A stretch of DNA of 63,909 nucleotides, filler included, from Perkinsus chesapeaki ATCC PRA-425 (GCA_013115145.1; 9 parts of 9 records of this genome joined end to end with filler, not necessarily neighbours in it), one strand, 5' to 3'. Shown: positions 37,416 through 50,665, counted from the whole stretch's first letter. Numbers and translations are program-made. Notes: a model not told the origin generated them from the letters alone.

Positions 37416-39246
37416 TTGTACTGGACCGATAAATTTCAGTGGCGACTCTCGAACGGATCTAGACAGAAATCGCGAGGGATAACCCTCGCCAATTGGATTG
37501 AAGAGAATGAGGTGAGAGTGTACAATGATCCTTCCCAGCCCACGTTTGTGAGACCGGTAGCTGGTGCTGGCATCAATGGTTATCAATCGAGTTCTATTGA
37601 TATCTGTCTGAGCTCCTCTACCACAAGAGTAATTGACTGGTCGGTACTGCAGGATGTGCGACCCTATGATCACTTGCTCATTGAGGCAAGAATAGTGGTT
37701 AGTAGATCTGCAATAAAGGTTAACAGGGTTTTTTCTCGTATAAAGGACAAGGTTGCCTTCGAAGCTGACATGAAGAAGATAGCGACTGACTGGTTTCATG
37801 GCCTACCTGAATATATGTTCTCTTCTGATGTTGACACGCATATCAAGTCTATCTGCGATGGTATATCGATGGTTAAAAATAGGCATCGCTCTGTGCATTC
37901 CCTGAAGGTTAATCTCGACTCTCCCGATTGGTGGGGCGATCGACTTAAATACCTTAGGAGAAAGGTGAGATCTCTCCAAAGATTGGCTGACAGAGAGAAC
38001 ACCCCAACTGCTTGGGGAGCCTACAGGAAAGCCAGGAATGATTACAACAAGCAGATTCGAAAGACCCGCAGTAACTGGTATTATAAGCAGCTATCTGAGG
38101 AAAAAGATTACGGTCGCATTCTAAAGAAAAGGTCAAATCCTGGAAAAAGAGGCGGCTCTGGTTCGAGGTTCATTCCTGGTAACGATGTCTTTGAACATCA
38201 CACTCCGTATCAACCCCTCGTGGACCCTGTTGAGAAGCCCACTGATGACGAGATGGTACAAAGAGTGCTAAGCATGATTGATGAACCCCTCCTAGAAGAA
38301 GTTTGGTCCAAACTGTGTCGCAAGAGAGACTCTTCTCCGGGCGCTGATGGTATCGTCTACTCTGACATAAAGTGTGCTGGTCCCCACCTTAGGCTGGGCC
38401 TGGAAAAGATTTTCAGGCATATGGTCCAACTTGGTCACTTTCCTGAACATGGTAAAGATCTAAGAATGATCTTTCTATGGAAAGGTAAGGGGAAATCCGT
38501 CGCAGTCAACAGCTTCCGCCCTATTGGTATGTCTTCATGCGTCACTAAATATTTGGAGATGCTACTGGTAGGCTACCAGTGGTAGCGCTTGTCTCGAAAT
38601 ATGAGAAAGAGCTTCCGGTGACCTCTCCCATGGCTACAAGGCTGGCGCATTCGTTTGGGTATGCCGAGGGGAAGGATACTTCTTCTGCTGTTCAGTGCGC
38701 GTCTGACCTTATTAACCGATATAAAAAGGATGGTAAGATCGTGGTGGCTCTTAGCCTCGACATGCGAGGCGCCTTTAACAACGCCAGGCATGCGGTTATC
38801 AGCACCACGGTCGAGGACATGTGTGGTACACCGGTTATTTTCAATCTGGTGTCCAACTATCTTCATAGAAGGAAATGCTTCTTTAATGGAAAGATGAGAA
38901 TATCTATGACATTCTGTGGCACCCCCCAAGGAGGAGTCCTATCCCCGTGCGTGTATCGGATTTTCCATACTAAGGTCATGGAAATAATAGAAGGATGCTC
39001 TTCGTCTACCGTTATGATGTATCCAGTGGTATATGCTGATGATACTATTGTGATCATTACTGGTGATAGCTATGAATCTGTTCTGGACGCCATTGGTAGT
39101 CTTATGGATGCCTTAGCTATGCTTCTACCTGATTTAGGCTTGGACATTAGCGAAGAGAAAAGCATACTGCTGGCTAGAGATGGGCAAACCGTAATGATTA
39201 GTTACGGTACGGTACGGAATACGGGATGGTAAGAAACCGTAAAGCA
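37416..39246 (+). mobile_element. Non-LTR retrotransposon (APE endonuclease C-terminal part plus RT), frameshifted, 3' end cut by a gap
   Basis: RGITLANWIEEN..PTFV..SIDICL..YDHLLI (APE-like); SSPGADGI, FRPIGMSSCVTKYLE, LDMRGAFNN, GTPQGGVLSP, YADD. Frameshift near 38572. Confidence 0.92.
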
Positions 39247-39357
39247 NNNNNNNNNNNNNNNNNNNNNNNNNNNNNNNNNNNNNNNNNNNNTTAATTAATT
39301 AANNNNNNNNNNNNNNNNNNNNNNNNNNNNNNNNNNNNNNNNNNNNAGCAGCAGCAG

Positions 39358-41564
39358 CTATCGGCGAAGATCATCAATTGTCTTGCCGTTCGAGTCCTTT
39401 ATCGATACCAATTCCTCTACAGCTGAAGCAGCAGCAATGAGAGCCAAGAGGGATAAGTGAGGTACCTTGAGACTTGGCATCCCTTAGCGATGGACTGCAG
39501 TCTGTGGCTTTGGGGCCGATGTGATCGAAAATCTGATGGGTGATGAAGATTGGCTATCAAATTGTGCCATCCTACCATGCTGGCTAAACCGTACTTTTTG
39601 AGCTTCATGGCGTAGTGAAGGGGGGTGCTGCCAGCACTGAGGGTGAAGAGGTCACAATTAGAGATACCAGCCGTCGCCCGCGCAGCAGTTACACTGTAGT
39701 GGCAGCAGCGGACAAAACAAGTGGCCTAGTTTCCCGATATAGCAAGCAGTCGAGGAGAGCATGGGAGTGGAATCTCTACGAATTCGAGGCAAATTGCAGG
39801 TCGCCCACGGATTTCATGGATCCTAGCGAAACCGAGGAGCGGTCAGGACCAGCTGAGTACAAGTCATGTTACGCCTGGAGGTCTCCATTCAACCTCGCAG
39901 GAATCTTACAGGATACTTCCCACCTTAATTCTATATTAGGGAGGATCATCCTCGACACACTCGTCGTTCGGAAAGTTTGCAGCGCTGGATTTGCCCCAGC
40001 CTGCAGCAATGCCAACACCACCGCAAAATGCCTATCCGAGGCGCTCTTAATTGCCCAGTGCAGTGGTGTCTCACCGTATACCTGTACATGATTTACTGCT
40101 GTATGAAGCCTTATCGTATTACACTAGTCTGAGCGTTAACATCAGCGCCGTTTTTGACTAATAGATCCACTAGCGTCACGGCTTCACAGGAGGCAGCTGC
40201 GTAGTGCAACGGGGTGGCACCATGGATCTAGACCAGTCAGGGTGTTGACAATGTTCCGAGCAGCACTGGTTGCTACTCTGCAGCGCATGTCCACCTTGGC
40301 GCCGTGCCGTATGAGTTTGTCTATTTTAATCTGACTTCGCCTATTACAGCAACTGCTGGAGCTCCCCCGGATCGCTGCATGGTGGAGGGCGGTGAAGCCG
40401 TACTGAGCAAGGTAACACGCTGCCCACGAAAGACGTCGAGAATCAAAGAGGAGTATAATACAGCCATCACTAGGCAAGCTGATATACTAAAGCTCCGAGA
40501 ACTGGGTAAGAATAAATCCTCGATAAGACCGGCACACTCGCTGTAAGGGACGTTGCCCACTACAGCTGAATGTGATGGTGATTAGTGGCTGTAAACCTTA
40601 CCTGACACTTACTTGATCCCTACAGTTGATATTAACAGGCATGCGGTCCTCTATATTGGGCTGTGATGCCAACAGGTCCATATGGGGATGCTTGCCTCGA
40701 ACAAAACGTTTAACATCTCTGGCGTAGACTCGTCCACGGTTTGCTGCTGCAGCAATGAGACTGGCGCCAGGCAGACTGCCTACACTACGACCTAGCTTGT
40801 CCTTGAGTTCCAGAAGGCTCTCCAAGGCTGACAGCAAAATGCACTGAACACGCTGATGGGAGGGGTACCCTGGCATTTCTCGATGATGGTGGAGTAGTCG
40901 GTATCAGAGACCTTGGGAGCAACAAAATTGATGATCTAATAGAAAGCCCTATCGGAGGAGAGTGGACAGGGTTCGGGTAGTACTTCCTTAAGCACATCTT
41001 CGTTCTTCTCCTCAGCTGCAACATGAACTGCTGTCTCCCCAGACCTGTAGGTAACCAAACTCCATGTTGGAAATAACAACATCAGCTTACAAAGAAGCAT
41101 GTCGAATGTCACATCCAGTAATATTTAACAAGTCACGGACCAAGTCCGGCCGACGCCACAGTGCCGCGCGATGTAGCGGCGATCGCCCAAGCTAGTGTGG
41201 AGGTACGTAGCAAAAGTTAGAATGATTTATGTACCGAGTCTATGTCTGGGCTCATGTCTTTAAAAGTTGCTATACGAGCAGATGAGATCTCCGGCTGAGA
41301 GGAGAGGGTATGGTGGGCCTGTGGTCGATGCCTACATTCTTTGACTTAGCCTTCCACCCGCTTAGTAACTGGACAGCCTTTTGCTGTTGAGTGACTAAAG
41401 CTCTCTGAAGTGGTGTTAAACCATTCTATAAAGGGAGTGGTGAAGGGTATAAGGAAGGTTCTTACAGCATCAACAGCTTCAACTATGGCGCCTTGCTCAA
41501 TAAGATGTTCTATAACTTTCAACCAACCATTAGCTGCCGCCAGATGAAGGGGAGTGCTGCGGTC
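39358..41564 (-). CDS. Multi-exon ankyrin-repeat protein (5' end unresolved)
   Basis: DRSTPLHLAAANG, NGLTPLQRAL, LGRSPLHRAALW, SGETAVHVAAEE, YGFTALHHAAIRG, YGETPLHWAIKS, GSTPLHYAMKL; ends DSNGKTIDDLRR* at 39358. Confidence 0.85.
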
Positions 41565-44500
41565 CTGATGTAGACGGCAGTCTCTCGTTTCGATTTTAAC
41601 ATCGGGTTTCATTCACACGCGGAAGTTCCGAAGTAGATGCCACTCTCTCTCAAGCTCGCAGGCGCAGACACCAATCAATATTTTAGCGGCGTGTGAGAAT
41701 TTCTCAACGAGTAAACCATTTGGGGCAGTGATTTTGCTTGTAGGATCGGTATAAGACGCGTATTTTCGCAAAGTGAGCCATGCGGCACTCCCAGCGGGAA
41801 GTCCATGGTGAATATGAATCAGCAAGCATACTGTAAATGGCGAAGCTAATCTTAACGAAAATTATGCTGCCCTACAGCAGCTCCGCGTGAAGTCGACTGC
41901 AGGTGTTGACAGTAGTCCCTTATCAGTCGAATACGGAGCCTATGTATACATAATTGGACAGAAGCGGGATAATTATGGGTTTATTGTGTTGAAGCTTAGT
42001 TCCTTCTCAAATGCCTTCCCCTTACCGTCATTCTTTCATTAATATCATATCCTTTATCAAGCAGCGACTTTACCAAATCGACATCACCAGTAGCAGCGGC
42101 CAGATGAAGGTCTCCCCAGCCACCAGTTGTAGTGAACCACCTATCTCAATGCCTCCCTATTATATCCTATCACCCCTCCTTACCTGGCCTGGGGGTTAAA
42201 CAAATGTGAAGGGGTCGTACGCCGCCACGCTCTGAGGAAACGCTATTAGTGGTGGTTTGGGCCGGTATGCGAATTACCTAGTAGTAGTGAGGCACCTCAA
42301 GTGAGCTGTTATGAATCTTTGTCTGATAATGTTCCTTATCAAGGCTGCCGAGTTCATCGTATCGTCAAGGGGGACAGGAGTACGTCTTGCGCCGGTTTGG
42401 GCGGTCGCTTACGGGGCATTTCCAAAATGCACAAAAATTGCACAACAACTTTTTTTGAAAAAGCATTAGGGGAAATCCGTCGGAAGGATTGAACATGTTT
42501 CTACGGGAATTTTTAGCTCTTCGTGACGGAGGGTATCTTGGCGGGGAGGTTGAAGCGTGCACATGAGCGTGCTTTTTAGGTCGCAGCCAGGCTGTGTACT
42601 GCTCTGCTCCAGTGGGGGCAATAGTAGTTTCAGAAAGATTGCTGGCTGCGATTCTCCCAAACCATACGTTGAGCGCTTATAACACGCTTTGGTGTCAGCG
42701 AACCCATTTTTGGTGAGCCCACTATGCAGACTGTGGTAGAGAGCATGCGGCACAAGTATCCAGTATGGGCTAGCCTGTTGCATAGTCAGTTCAACCTGTT
42801 GTTCTACGGGTAGTGACACCATTAGTCGAAGAGGTTAACCGTGCTCTAGATACGGCAGTAAGATACCACTCTTAACCGACTTTGCCGATCAAGCATTGGG
42901 CAGTGGCTACGTAGTGAGGATTGAGGGCTACAAAGCCTCCCCTCGCGGAGCTAGTAAAACGCATTTGAGAGGGTTCGCCACGGAGACGTTCCTTCAGACG
43001 GGGCCTCCATTCTCCATCGCTGCTTGCTCGGCATCTTCGACTTCGTATTCCGCCACGCTTTAGCTGCCAATGACGCCACACTGACCGAACTTGCGCGAAA
43101 ATTGGTATGAATTTGGGGTGAGAGGATGGACAAGTCGTGGATGGCAGGCACAGCTTTCACAGTTCCATGCTAGGACGTCTGAGGCCCCCACGAGAATATA
43201 CCTGGTATTAAAATGGGGTAAACCGGTGTAGGCCGATGGGGACAGTTTTTGTGTCGCAATGGTTAGATAGTTGACAACTTGGAGCGACTGGTAGAGTACG
43301 GTGGAGAAGAGGTCTTGGAGAGCCTAGGGTCATTGGTGGCAGCCTCACCAACGGTGGGACAGGTTTGTGTGATCTGTCTCCCTTAATTGGTTCTAGATAC
43401 ACTTGATTGCATCTGTGGACCACCATAGATCAGCTCTGATGGGCAGCGCTCTTGAACAATTGGCCTTTGTGAATGTACCTGTCCATACTAGAATAGACTA
43501 TATCAAAGAAGTAGTGGGCTTTGTTGTACCGTCTATCGCATGTTACAAGAAGCAGGTGACCGAGTTCAATGGCAAAGTATTGCCGACCTGGGCTGGTCTA
43601 GGAGGAGGCTTTGGGGATGGTGGAGCAGCCTATGGAGGAGCTGGCCTTGCTATGGTAGTACCATCTGCAGGGGTTTATGGACGAAGAGAAATTGCGGTTG
43701 AATTTCTGCTGCGTGTGAATGGTCCGCTACTTGGTTGTTGGTGTTGGAAGGTCCTTAAGTCGCTTACGCCCAACCATCTTAATCTATTAAAGCACTTGGC
43801 GATTCTATTGGTGGAGTCATCGGACGGAGATGGTAATAAGGATTGGACGGCAGGGATAGGGTTTGGTGATAGGATCGGTGCCATTCGAGACGCTGCTGAG
43901 GGTAACTAGGAAGAAAGCCATCGCGTCCAACCATACCAAATTAAAGGCCCTTCTTNNNNNNNNNNNNNNNNNNNNNNNNNNNNNNNNNNNNNNNNNNNNN
44001 NNNNNNNNNNNNNNNNNNNNNNNNNNNNNNNNNNNNNNNNNNNNNNNNNNTGTAAACGAGCTGCGCTGTGAAGTCAAAGATATGAATGGGCTGGTTTATG
44101 TCTATACCGGCGATTATGAGGCAGGGGAAAACGGTAGAGTTATCAATAAATGTTACTCATAGCAGCAGAGATCGTTGCGGGTGTATTGTTGGACAGTATT
44201 GGATTCTAAGAAAATATTAGCGAACTTGCTATTGAGTTATGGTATTATACTTTTTCAATAATATACTCACATGACCTTCGTAATGAGATGTGTACATGAT
44301 GCTTAGATAGACCATCGTGTGGTGATACAGAGGAGGTCTCCAACGACTGGAGCGGAGACTTACCATATGCCGTAGTATTTGGGATGGGGGGCAGGGTAGG
44401 GTGGTTAGGTAGGTAGGATATCGATAGGTACGGCAGAAAGCAAATAGAGGTGATGAGTCAAGGTGACTTTGATGCAGTTGATAAGGTATAGCATGCCCAG

Positions 44501-44598
44501 CAACAACAAAAGAGCAAGTTTCATAATTCGTATGGTAGACTAGATTGTTTTGTTGCAATTCATCTTGTCGAGACACCTGTGTAGTTATTGCTACCATA

Positions 44599-45411
44599 AT
44601 GCCCACCAAAGTTCTCAAAGGCTTCTCGACTCTATTGAGGGTCATGCCTCAGATGTTCATGTGTTCGGCCAGCCTGGTCCTTCTGGTCTTCGCTGCCTCC
44701 TTCCTCGCTTCGCCGTTCTATGACCTCCTCAATCCGCGTATCAACTGGATTGCTCTGGTCGTTGCAGTGGTGGTTCTGGCGGCCTCCTTCATGGGAGCCA
44801 TTCAACTAGTTCTTGAGAAGGACGACGAGGATGTGGCATGCTCGGCTAGGATACACTATATCATTCTCATTGTTATTGTAGCCTTGCAACTGGTCATAGC
44901 GACCTTGGCCCAGGACTACTGGACCGGCGGCGAAGTAGTGGTGAACTCGGGGGGAGTGGCGAGCTCTGTGGGTCAGGAGAATATATTGGCTGAGATGAGG
45001 GAAGGGTATTACTCTACCTGGGATAGATACTCTTGCCGAGGAGGAGCCTGCTTGGATGACTCCTGCCAGAGCTTCTCCACGATTTCCTGTACGAACACTA
45101 AAGTGACCACTGAGTTCAATCGCTGGATCTCCTCCGGCATACCGTGGAATGCGACCTGCCTGTCCTTTAGTAACACAGATGTTACTAACTCTTGGTGCCT
45201 AGGGAAGATGGGGTGCTTGGATTGGTGTCTGAGTAACTGGCAAACAATAGCGATTGCGTTGTGGTCGGCATTCGGAGTGTTTGTGGCGGCGACCTTCGCG
45301 GTGTACTGGACTATCCATCCGAGGAAGTGGCATACGATAACCAGGGGCACATTCAATCGTAAAGATTCGGGTTACTTCTACTATCGACGGGACGCCACAG
45401 ATGACCTTTAA
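44599..45411 (+). CDS. Tetraspanin-like 4-TM protein without a CCG motif, intronless (270 aa)
   Basis: Three N-terminal TM segments, a large Cys-rich loop (CRGGACLDDSC..C..C..C..CLDWC) and a fourth TM segment. Confidence 0.7.
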   Translation: MPTKVLKGFSTLLRVMPQMFMCSASLVLLVFAASFLASPFYDLLNPRINWIALVVAVVVLAASFMGAIQLVLEKDDEDVACSARIHYIILIVIVALQLVIATLAQDYWTGGEVVVNSGGVASSVGQENILAEMREGYYSTWDRYSCRGGACLDDSCQSFSTISCTNTKVTTEFNRWISSGIPWNATCLSFSNTDVTNSWCLGKMGCLDWCLSNWQTIAIALWSAFGVFVAATFAVYWTIHPRKWHTITRGTFNRKDSGYFYYRRDATDDL

Positions 45412-45896
45412 TTTCAATATTTATATTGTCAGCTGCTCAGTACTATTGCTCTTATGAAACCAGATGAACATTTTTCATCTCGCTGTCCTTGTTGAGTTCA
45501 CTCTCTTTGACGGTTGAGCTCGGCTGAAGACTCAGCAGTTAGAACGTTCCCTCGTTACGGTGCCGCCGATACTGTGATTGGCTTTCGACATTTGTTGGAC
45601 AGAAGACACTCAGTCAATTTTGTAGATATGTGCTGAGGTGTTTTGAGTCAGGTCGGTGGTGTTGATTTTGTTGTTTATTTCCAGATGACCACTGCTCACC
45701 GCCCTACCTTCCACAATGCCTTAGGAGCCAACAACTCTAGCAATCAGCCGATTCCTACTATATTCAGGAGAGCTAGGGATGAACCAGGTAATACGGNNNN
45801 NNNNNNNNNNNNNNNNNNNNNNNNNNNNNNNNNNNNNNNNTTAATTAATTAANNNNNNNNNNNNNNNNNNNNNNNNNNNNNNNNNNNNNNNNNNNN

Positions 45897-47017
45897 GAAT
45901 ACCAAATTACCTGAGGTGGACCAAGCCTGCACGAAGGTCACCAAAAGTCCTTGCGGCAGGTGCCAGGCAAGAAACGTGGCGTGAAGCAAGTGAATGTAAG
46001 GATGGAGCGTTGTTTGTTCCACCACAATATATATACCAATTTGTTGTAGAAAACCATGACCACGAAGGAACTGAAGCACTTTATCAGAGACTCCACACGT
46101 GGGTTCGTGCTAAGGGTCTGAGAAAAGTGTGCAAAGAAGTGGTTGATCAGTGCGACGAGTGCAAGCGCGCTAAAGCACATCCGAATCAAAACACTGATGG
46201 TATTGACCAAGTGACTGGTAAGAAAAGGAAACGTACTCCTGAAGAGATACGCGCTGTGAGAAAATCGGTTATTCCCTTCAACAAGGTACATATTGATGTA
46301 GTGGGAAATTACCGAACCGTCTCTGGTCGAAAAGCCTTCTTTGCAGTAACTCTCGTAGACAGTGCAACAGGATATGCACTGGTTAAAGCTACCAAGTGGA
46401 CTCCAGTAAGCGAAGATGTCGAGGCACTTTTTGCCTACATGTTCGACACTTTCCATACAACACCTCTTGCGGTTTGGTCAGACTCTGGAAGAAACCTGGT
46501 ATCCAAAAGAGTTGAAAACTTCTTGCTCAAACATAATGTGCTTCACCTTACTACAGCAAAGAATACATCTTTAACAAATGGAAAAGTAGAGCGATTTCAT
46601 CGAACGCTCAATGAGTACTTACGTACTCATGCTTCACATGACGAAATTGGTTGGCCTGAGTTTTCACGTCTTGTGCGTGAAGGCGTTGCTAAATATAATA
46701 CAACGCCATTTCGAGGAGTTTCCTCGCACGACAAGGTTTTTAGATTTTCACCACAATGTGAACCATTAAGACCTGTCGAAACGAGAGATGAATGGGATTT
46801 GCTGTGCAACCCTAACATCTCAGATTGGGGAAAAGGTCTGGAACCAGGAACAAAAGTCCTGTATCGAAATCCAAGACCGAACAATAAACTCACTGATAGA
46901 TGGCTAGATGCCACAGTAGAATCCCGAGTTGGTCCAAAGACCTATAAGCTTGAAGACCAACCAGGAAAGTTTGATTTGAAGGATATTAAGTTATTAGCAA
47001 CAAGCACAACCAAGTAA
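45897..47017 (+). mobile_element. LTR retrotransposon integrase, Ty3/Gypsy-like (pol 3' end)
   Basis: HDH..CDEC zinc finger; HIDVVG, VDSATGY, WSDSG, NGKVERFHRTL (DDE); SH3-like C-terminus. Frame is open back to the gap. Confidence 0.9.
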
Positions 47018-47191
47018 GAGTGCAAGGGACGTCGCCTGTCTCGAAAGGCTACTCAATAGGTCTTTAAATATATAATATGGTATGGTGTANNNNNNNNNNN
47101 NNNNNNNNNNNNNNNNNNNNNNNNNNNNNNNNNTTAATTAATTAANNNNNNNNNNNNNNNNNNNNNNNNNNNNNNNNNNNNNNNNNNNNAA

Positions 47192-48480
47192 TCTGATGGA
47201 TTATTGTTGACTCGTGAGTTTAAGAGTGATGGCCCTGATTGCTGGGTGGTTATGATTCCTGAAGGACCATTGCAAGAAGAAGTGATTGATAAGATTCACA
47301 AAGAGTATATCCATCCTGGAGTAAAAAGGACAATACAACTGGTGAGACGACTTTGTGACTTTAAAGGATTGTATACATTGGTGAAGAAGTTTATCAGATC
47401 ATGTGATACTTGCTGCAGGGCACGTGAAGGCCAGACTATTATGAAGGGGTTATCTAATCCTAAGACTGTGGTACCTGTTATTTTTGGAGCAGTTGGACTT
47501 GATCTATATGGTCCTATACAAACTGTTAATGGTGTTAAAATCTGGTTGTTGGTTATGGTCTGCTATGTTAGCAAATGGATGGCCATCAAGGTGCTAGATT
47601 CTGCTGATGTTGATAGTGTCTTAACTGCTAGTGTTGAACTGTTTTATGAAAGTGGTGTGCCTGTTATGGTGTTAACTGATCAAGGTTCTGTTTTTATGTC
47701 AAAGAAGTATCGTTTATTCTTGAAGGAACATGGTATTCATCATGCTTACACCTTTCCTTATGAAGAGACTAGAAGAGGATGGTTAGAACGACCACATAAG
47801 GAGATTGGTTCTATGTTACGTTGTTTACAGTCTGAAACTGGTTGCAAACTACAAGATCTGTCCGTTAATGAAGTTCGTATTTGGGTCAGCCGTTTATGCT
47901 TTATCCATAATAATATGATGTTTGAAGAAAGTACTAATGACCAAGATATTTCTCCATGGTTATGTAATAGAATGACTAGAGGATTGGATGAAGTGTTACT
48001 TGCTGATTACGAGAATGAAGCTGTTAGAATTGGTGAATGGCTATCATCTGGAATATGTTTGGATGACTGCTCGGACATACTTGATGAGACTATTAAGGAA
48101 TTACGTAAAGAGTGGGCTACTTCTATTGATAAGGTCAAGCAGATTTGGTTGGAACGACGTGGAGAAACTAGAAGACGATTAGCACGTGTTCGCAAGTCTG
48201 ATGATCTGAAGATTAAGGATGTTGTATGGAAACGCAATATGCCTGTTAAGAAGCTTGGTGAGCTCTTCTCTGGACCTTATGAGGTATATGATCGGAAGGG
48301 TTCCTTAAGGATCTTAAGGATGGTAAGAAGTTAAGTTGTCCTATTGAAATGCTGAAGAAAGGGCGTAGAGTTCGTCCAAAGCCTGTGAAGGAACCTTATA
48401 TAAGTACTAAACTTCCACTGGTCACACAATCCTACTTACCGCGAAGCTTTACCATATCTTGGTAAAATGGCTACGTCCTT
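47192..48480 (+). mobile_element. LTR retrotransposon integrase, Bel/Pao-like, with a frameshift near the C-terminus
   Basis: HKEYIHPG..CDTC; GLDLYGP, VMVCYVSKW, TDQGSVF, RGWLERPHK. The frame changes near 48305 into LKDGKKLSCPIEMLKK. Confidence 0.85.
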
Positions 48481-48623
48481 TCCTGATTTGATTCCACGGA
48501 ATGTGGAGCATGCTGGAGATTTGNNNNNNNNNNNNNNNNNNNNNNNNNNNNNNNNNNNNNNNNNNNNTTAATTAATTAANNNNNNNNNNNNNNNNNNNNN
48601 NNNNNNNNNNNNNNNNNNNNNNN

Positions 48624-50145
48624 ACCTTCTCATTACTTGGTGACTTCTCTTACGCCGTCGCCGCTACGCGCTCTTATGGTTCGCCGTCTTTTGGAACTAT
48701 CGGAGCCGCTTAGCTCAACGGAGAGTTATATTCCTGAGGATTCTGATATATGCACTATGGTTCATGCCGGTGTGCCCATTGGTTTGCATGAACCCATTAG
48801 GGAATCTTCTGCTTGGCCAATTTATACCAAGGGTAATACTCTCAAGTCGGGTGAACCGGACTATATCCGATGGCCTGCGAAAGACCTCGAACTGCTCGGT
48901 TTCGATGAGTGGCCCACTGGGCGTATTGAACCAGATATGATACCTTTATTATCTGCACTTCTTGACAAAGAACTTAGTCAGGGACGTTTGCAGAAGGTGG
49001 GTCCTAACGACGTTGAAGCTCTAACTCGGGTGTCCGTTATTTGGAAACCTGGCAGAGAGGGGACAGCTATTCGACAACTGGATGATTTCCGACGCTCGGG
49101 AATCAATCAAGTCTAAATTACATCATACTATAGCGTTACCGCGTTTTCGTGATGTTTTTAGTCTCTTGGCTGAGTCTCCGAGGTCTAACCAGAGTGCTCT
49201 ACTTGAATGGGATATACAGTCAGCTTTTAGACTGGTTGCAGTTTGTGCTGACGATAGACCTGCATTGACCTTCCTTGATCCTCGTGACAACGAGACACTC
49301 CTTCAGCACACGTGTTTACCTTTTGGTCTTGTTACGTCTCCAACATTGTTTTGTCGTTACTCGGGTGCTAACTTTCGCTTGTATAGACGCCTGCTGGCGA
49401 TAGCTTCCCTGATTATGCGATGTGGCTCGTTGGGGATCTGTGAATTTGTGGTTCAACGTCTACATGCACTTTTATATGTTGATGACGTTAGTGCGGCTTC
49501 CGACAAGCCTAGGTTTGATTTGGTTTTTGGACTTCTCCTTTATTGTGCTGTTGGTATTACCATTGAGTTTTCTAAGGTTCATGCTCTTCGACATGATGCT
49601 CGCGTTCTTGGTTTTAGGGTTGATTTTCAGTCAGGGATTGCCACACTCAGCATTCCACAGGATCGGCTTGAGCGAATAATTGAGACTCTTCGTAGTGCAT
49701 CTGATATGAGATGTGTTCGGCTAGATACCCTTGAGACTCTTCTTGGCCGTCTCGTTTGGTGTTCAAGTTGGCTTGTTCCTCTAAGGCCTAAATTGGCACC
49801 ATTGTACGAGATGAAGGGTCTCATGATATCTAAAGGTTTACGCTCGATAAGGCTTTCGGCTGATCGGTGTCTTCTCTTTTCCCGTTTGGCGGATTTCCTT
49901 GTAGACCACCATGAAGGTGTTGTTCCAAGGATTGCTAAGGCTCCTCAGGGCACTGCTATGATTCCCCAGTCTTGTGAGTATTTGCTTATTACCGATGCTT
50001 GTATTACTGGTTTAGGTGGTGTTTTCTTCCCTCGTTCGAAACCAGCTCAGGCACAATGGTTCAGTGTTACTAGTGCTGAGGATTTGAAAATATGGAATCT
50101 TATAAAAAGATGTCGACTCCGTGGCGGTGATTCATCGTGTCAAAC
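48624..50145 (+). mobile_element. DIRS/Ngaro-like (tyrosine-recombinase class) RT-RNase H, frameshifted, bounded by gaps
   Basis: RQLDDFRRSGIN, +1 shift near 49105, then WDIQSAFRLV, LPFGLVTSP, YVDD, RVLGFRVD, IPQDRL, LLGRLVW and RNase H ITDACITGLGG. Confidence 0.85.
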
Positions 50146-50225
50146 NNNNNNNNNNNNNNNNNNNNNNNNNNNNNNNNNNNNNNNNNNNNTTAATTAATTA
50201 ANNNNNNNNNNNNNNNNNNNNNNNN

Positions 50226-50665
50226 NNNNNNNNNNNNNNNNNNNNTCCCGACGAGAGAAGGCAAATCACAGAGCTCTGATTAAGAAGGTTGACATGACGC
50301 TCCAGAAAAGGCTCAGCGAAACGCCTTTGAAGACTTCGCTGGATTCCAGCCCATCCCGGCTGTCACTATTGACAACCACCAATTCTAACCTTGGGTGTAA
50401 GCTCCGTGACTTCGGACGTACTTGCGGCTTTTCATTTTTGTTGAAAGGTCGTCCTACAGAGTACAAGGATCTGTCGCCGAAAGATCGAGCAACAGTTGCT
50501 AAACAAGAAGACTTCCTTCGTGGACTCTTCGGTGACTATGAACAACTGACACCAAGCAAATCCAGACCCACAAGTACCGACAGTCTGAAGACTCGCTGTT
50601 GTTTCATCATAATCGATTTTAGGTATCTCGTCATGTACCGCTCCGAGTTCGGTGTTGAGCAATGA
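50226..50665 (+). CDS. Hypothetical protein exon at a contig start
   Basis: Open frame from the gap (..HRALIKKVDMTLQKRL..); no recognisable motif. Confidence 0.3.

Noticed and set aside
37383-38929. Antisense ORFs overlapping the LINE
   Set aside because: Shadow ORFs of the RT coding strand
43403-43909. 168-aa Gly-rich plus-strand ORF
   Set aside because: No ATG-supported start or recognisable motif; splice signals suggest the coding strand is minus, but no product could be reconstructed
45897-50145. Composite element with two integrases plus a DIRS RT
   Set aside because: The three pieces are separate contigs joined by linker gaps, so their adjacency is unsupported
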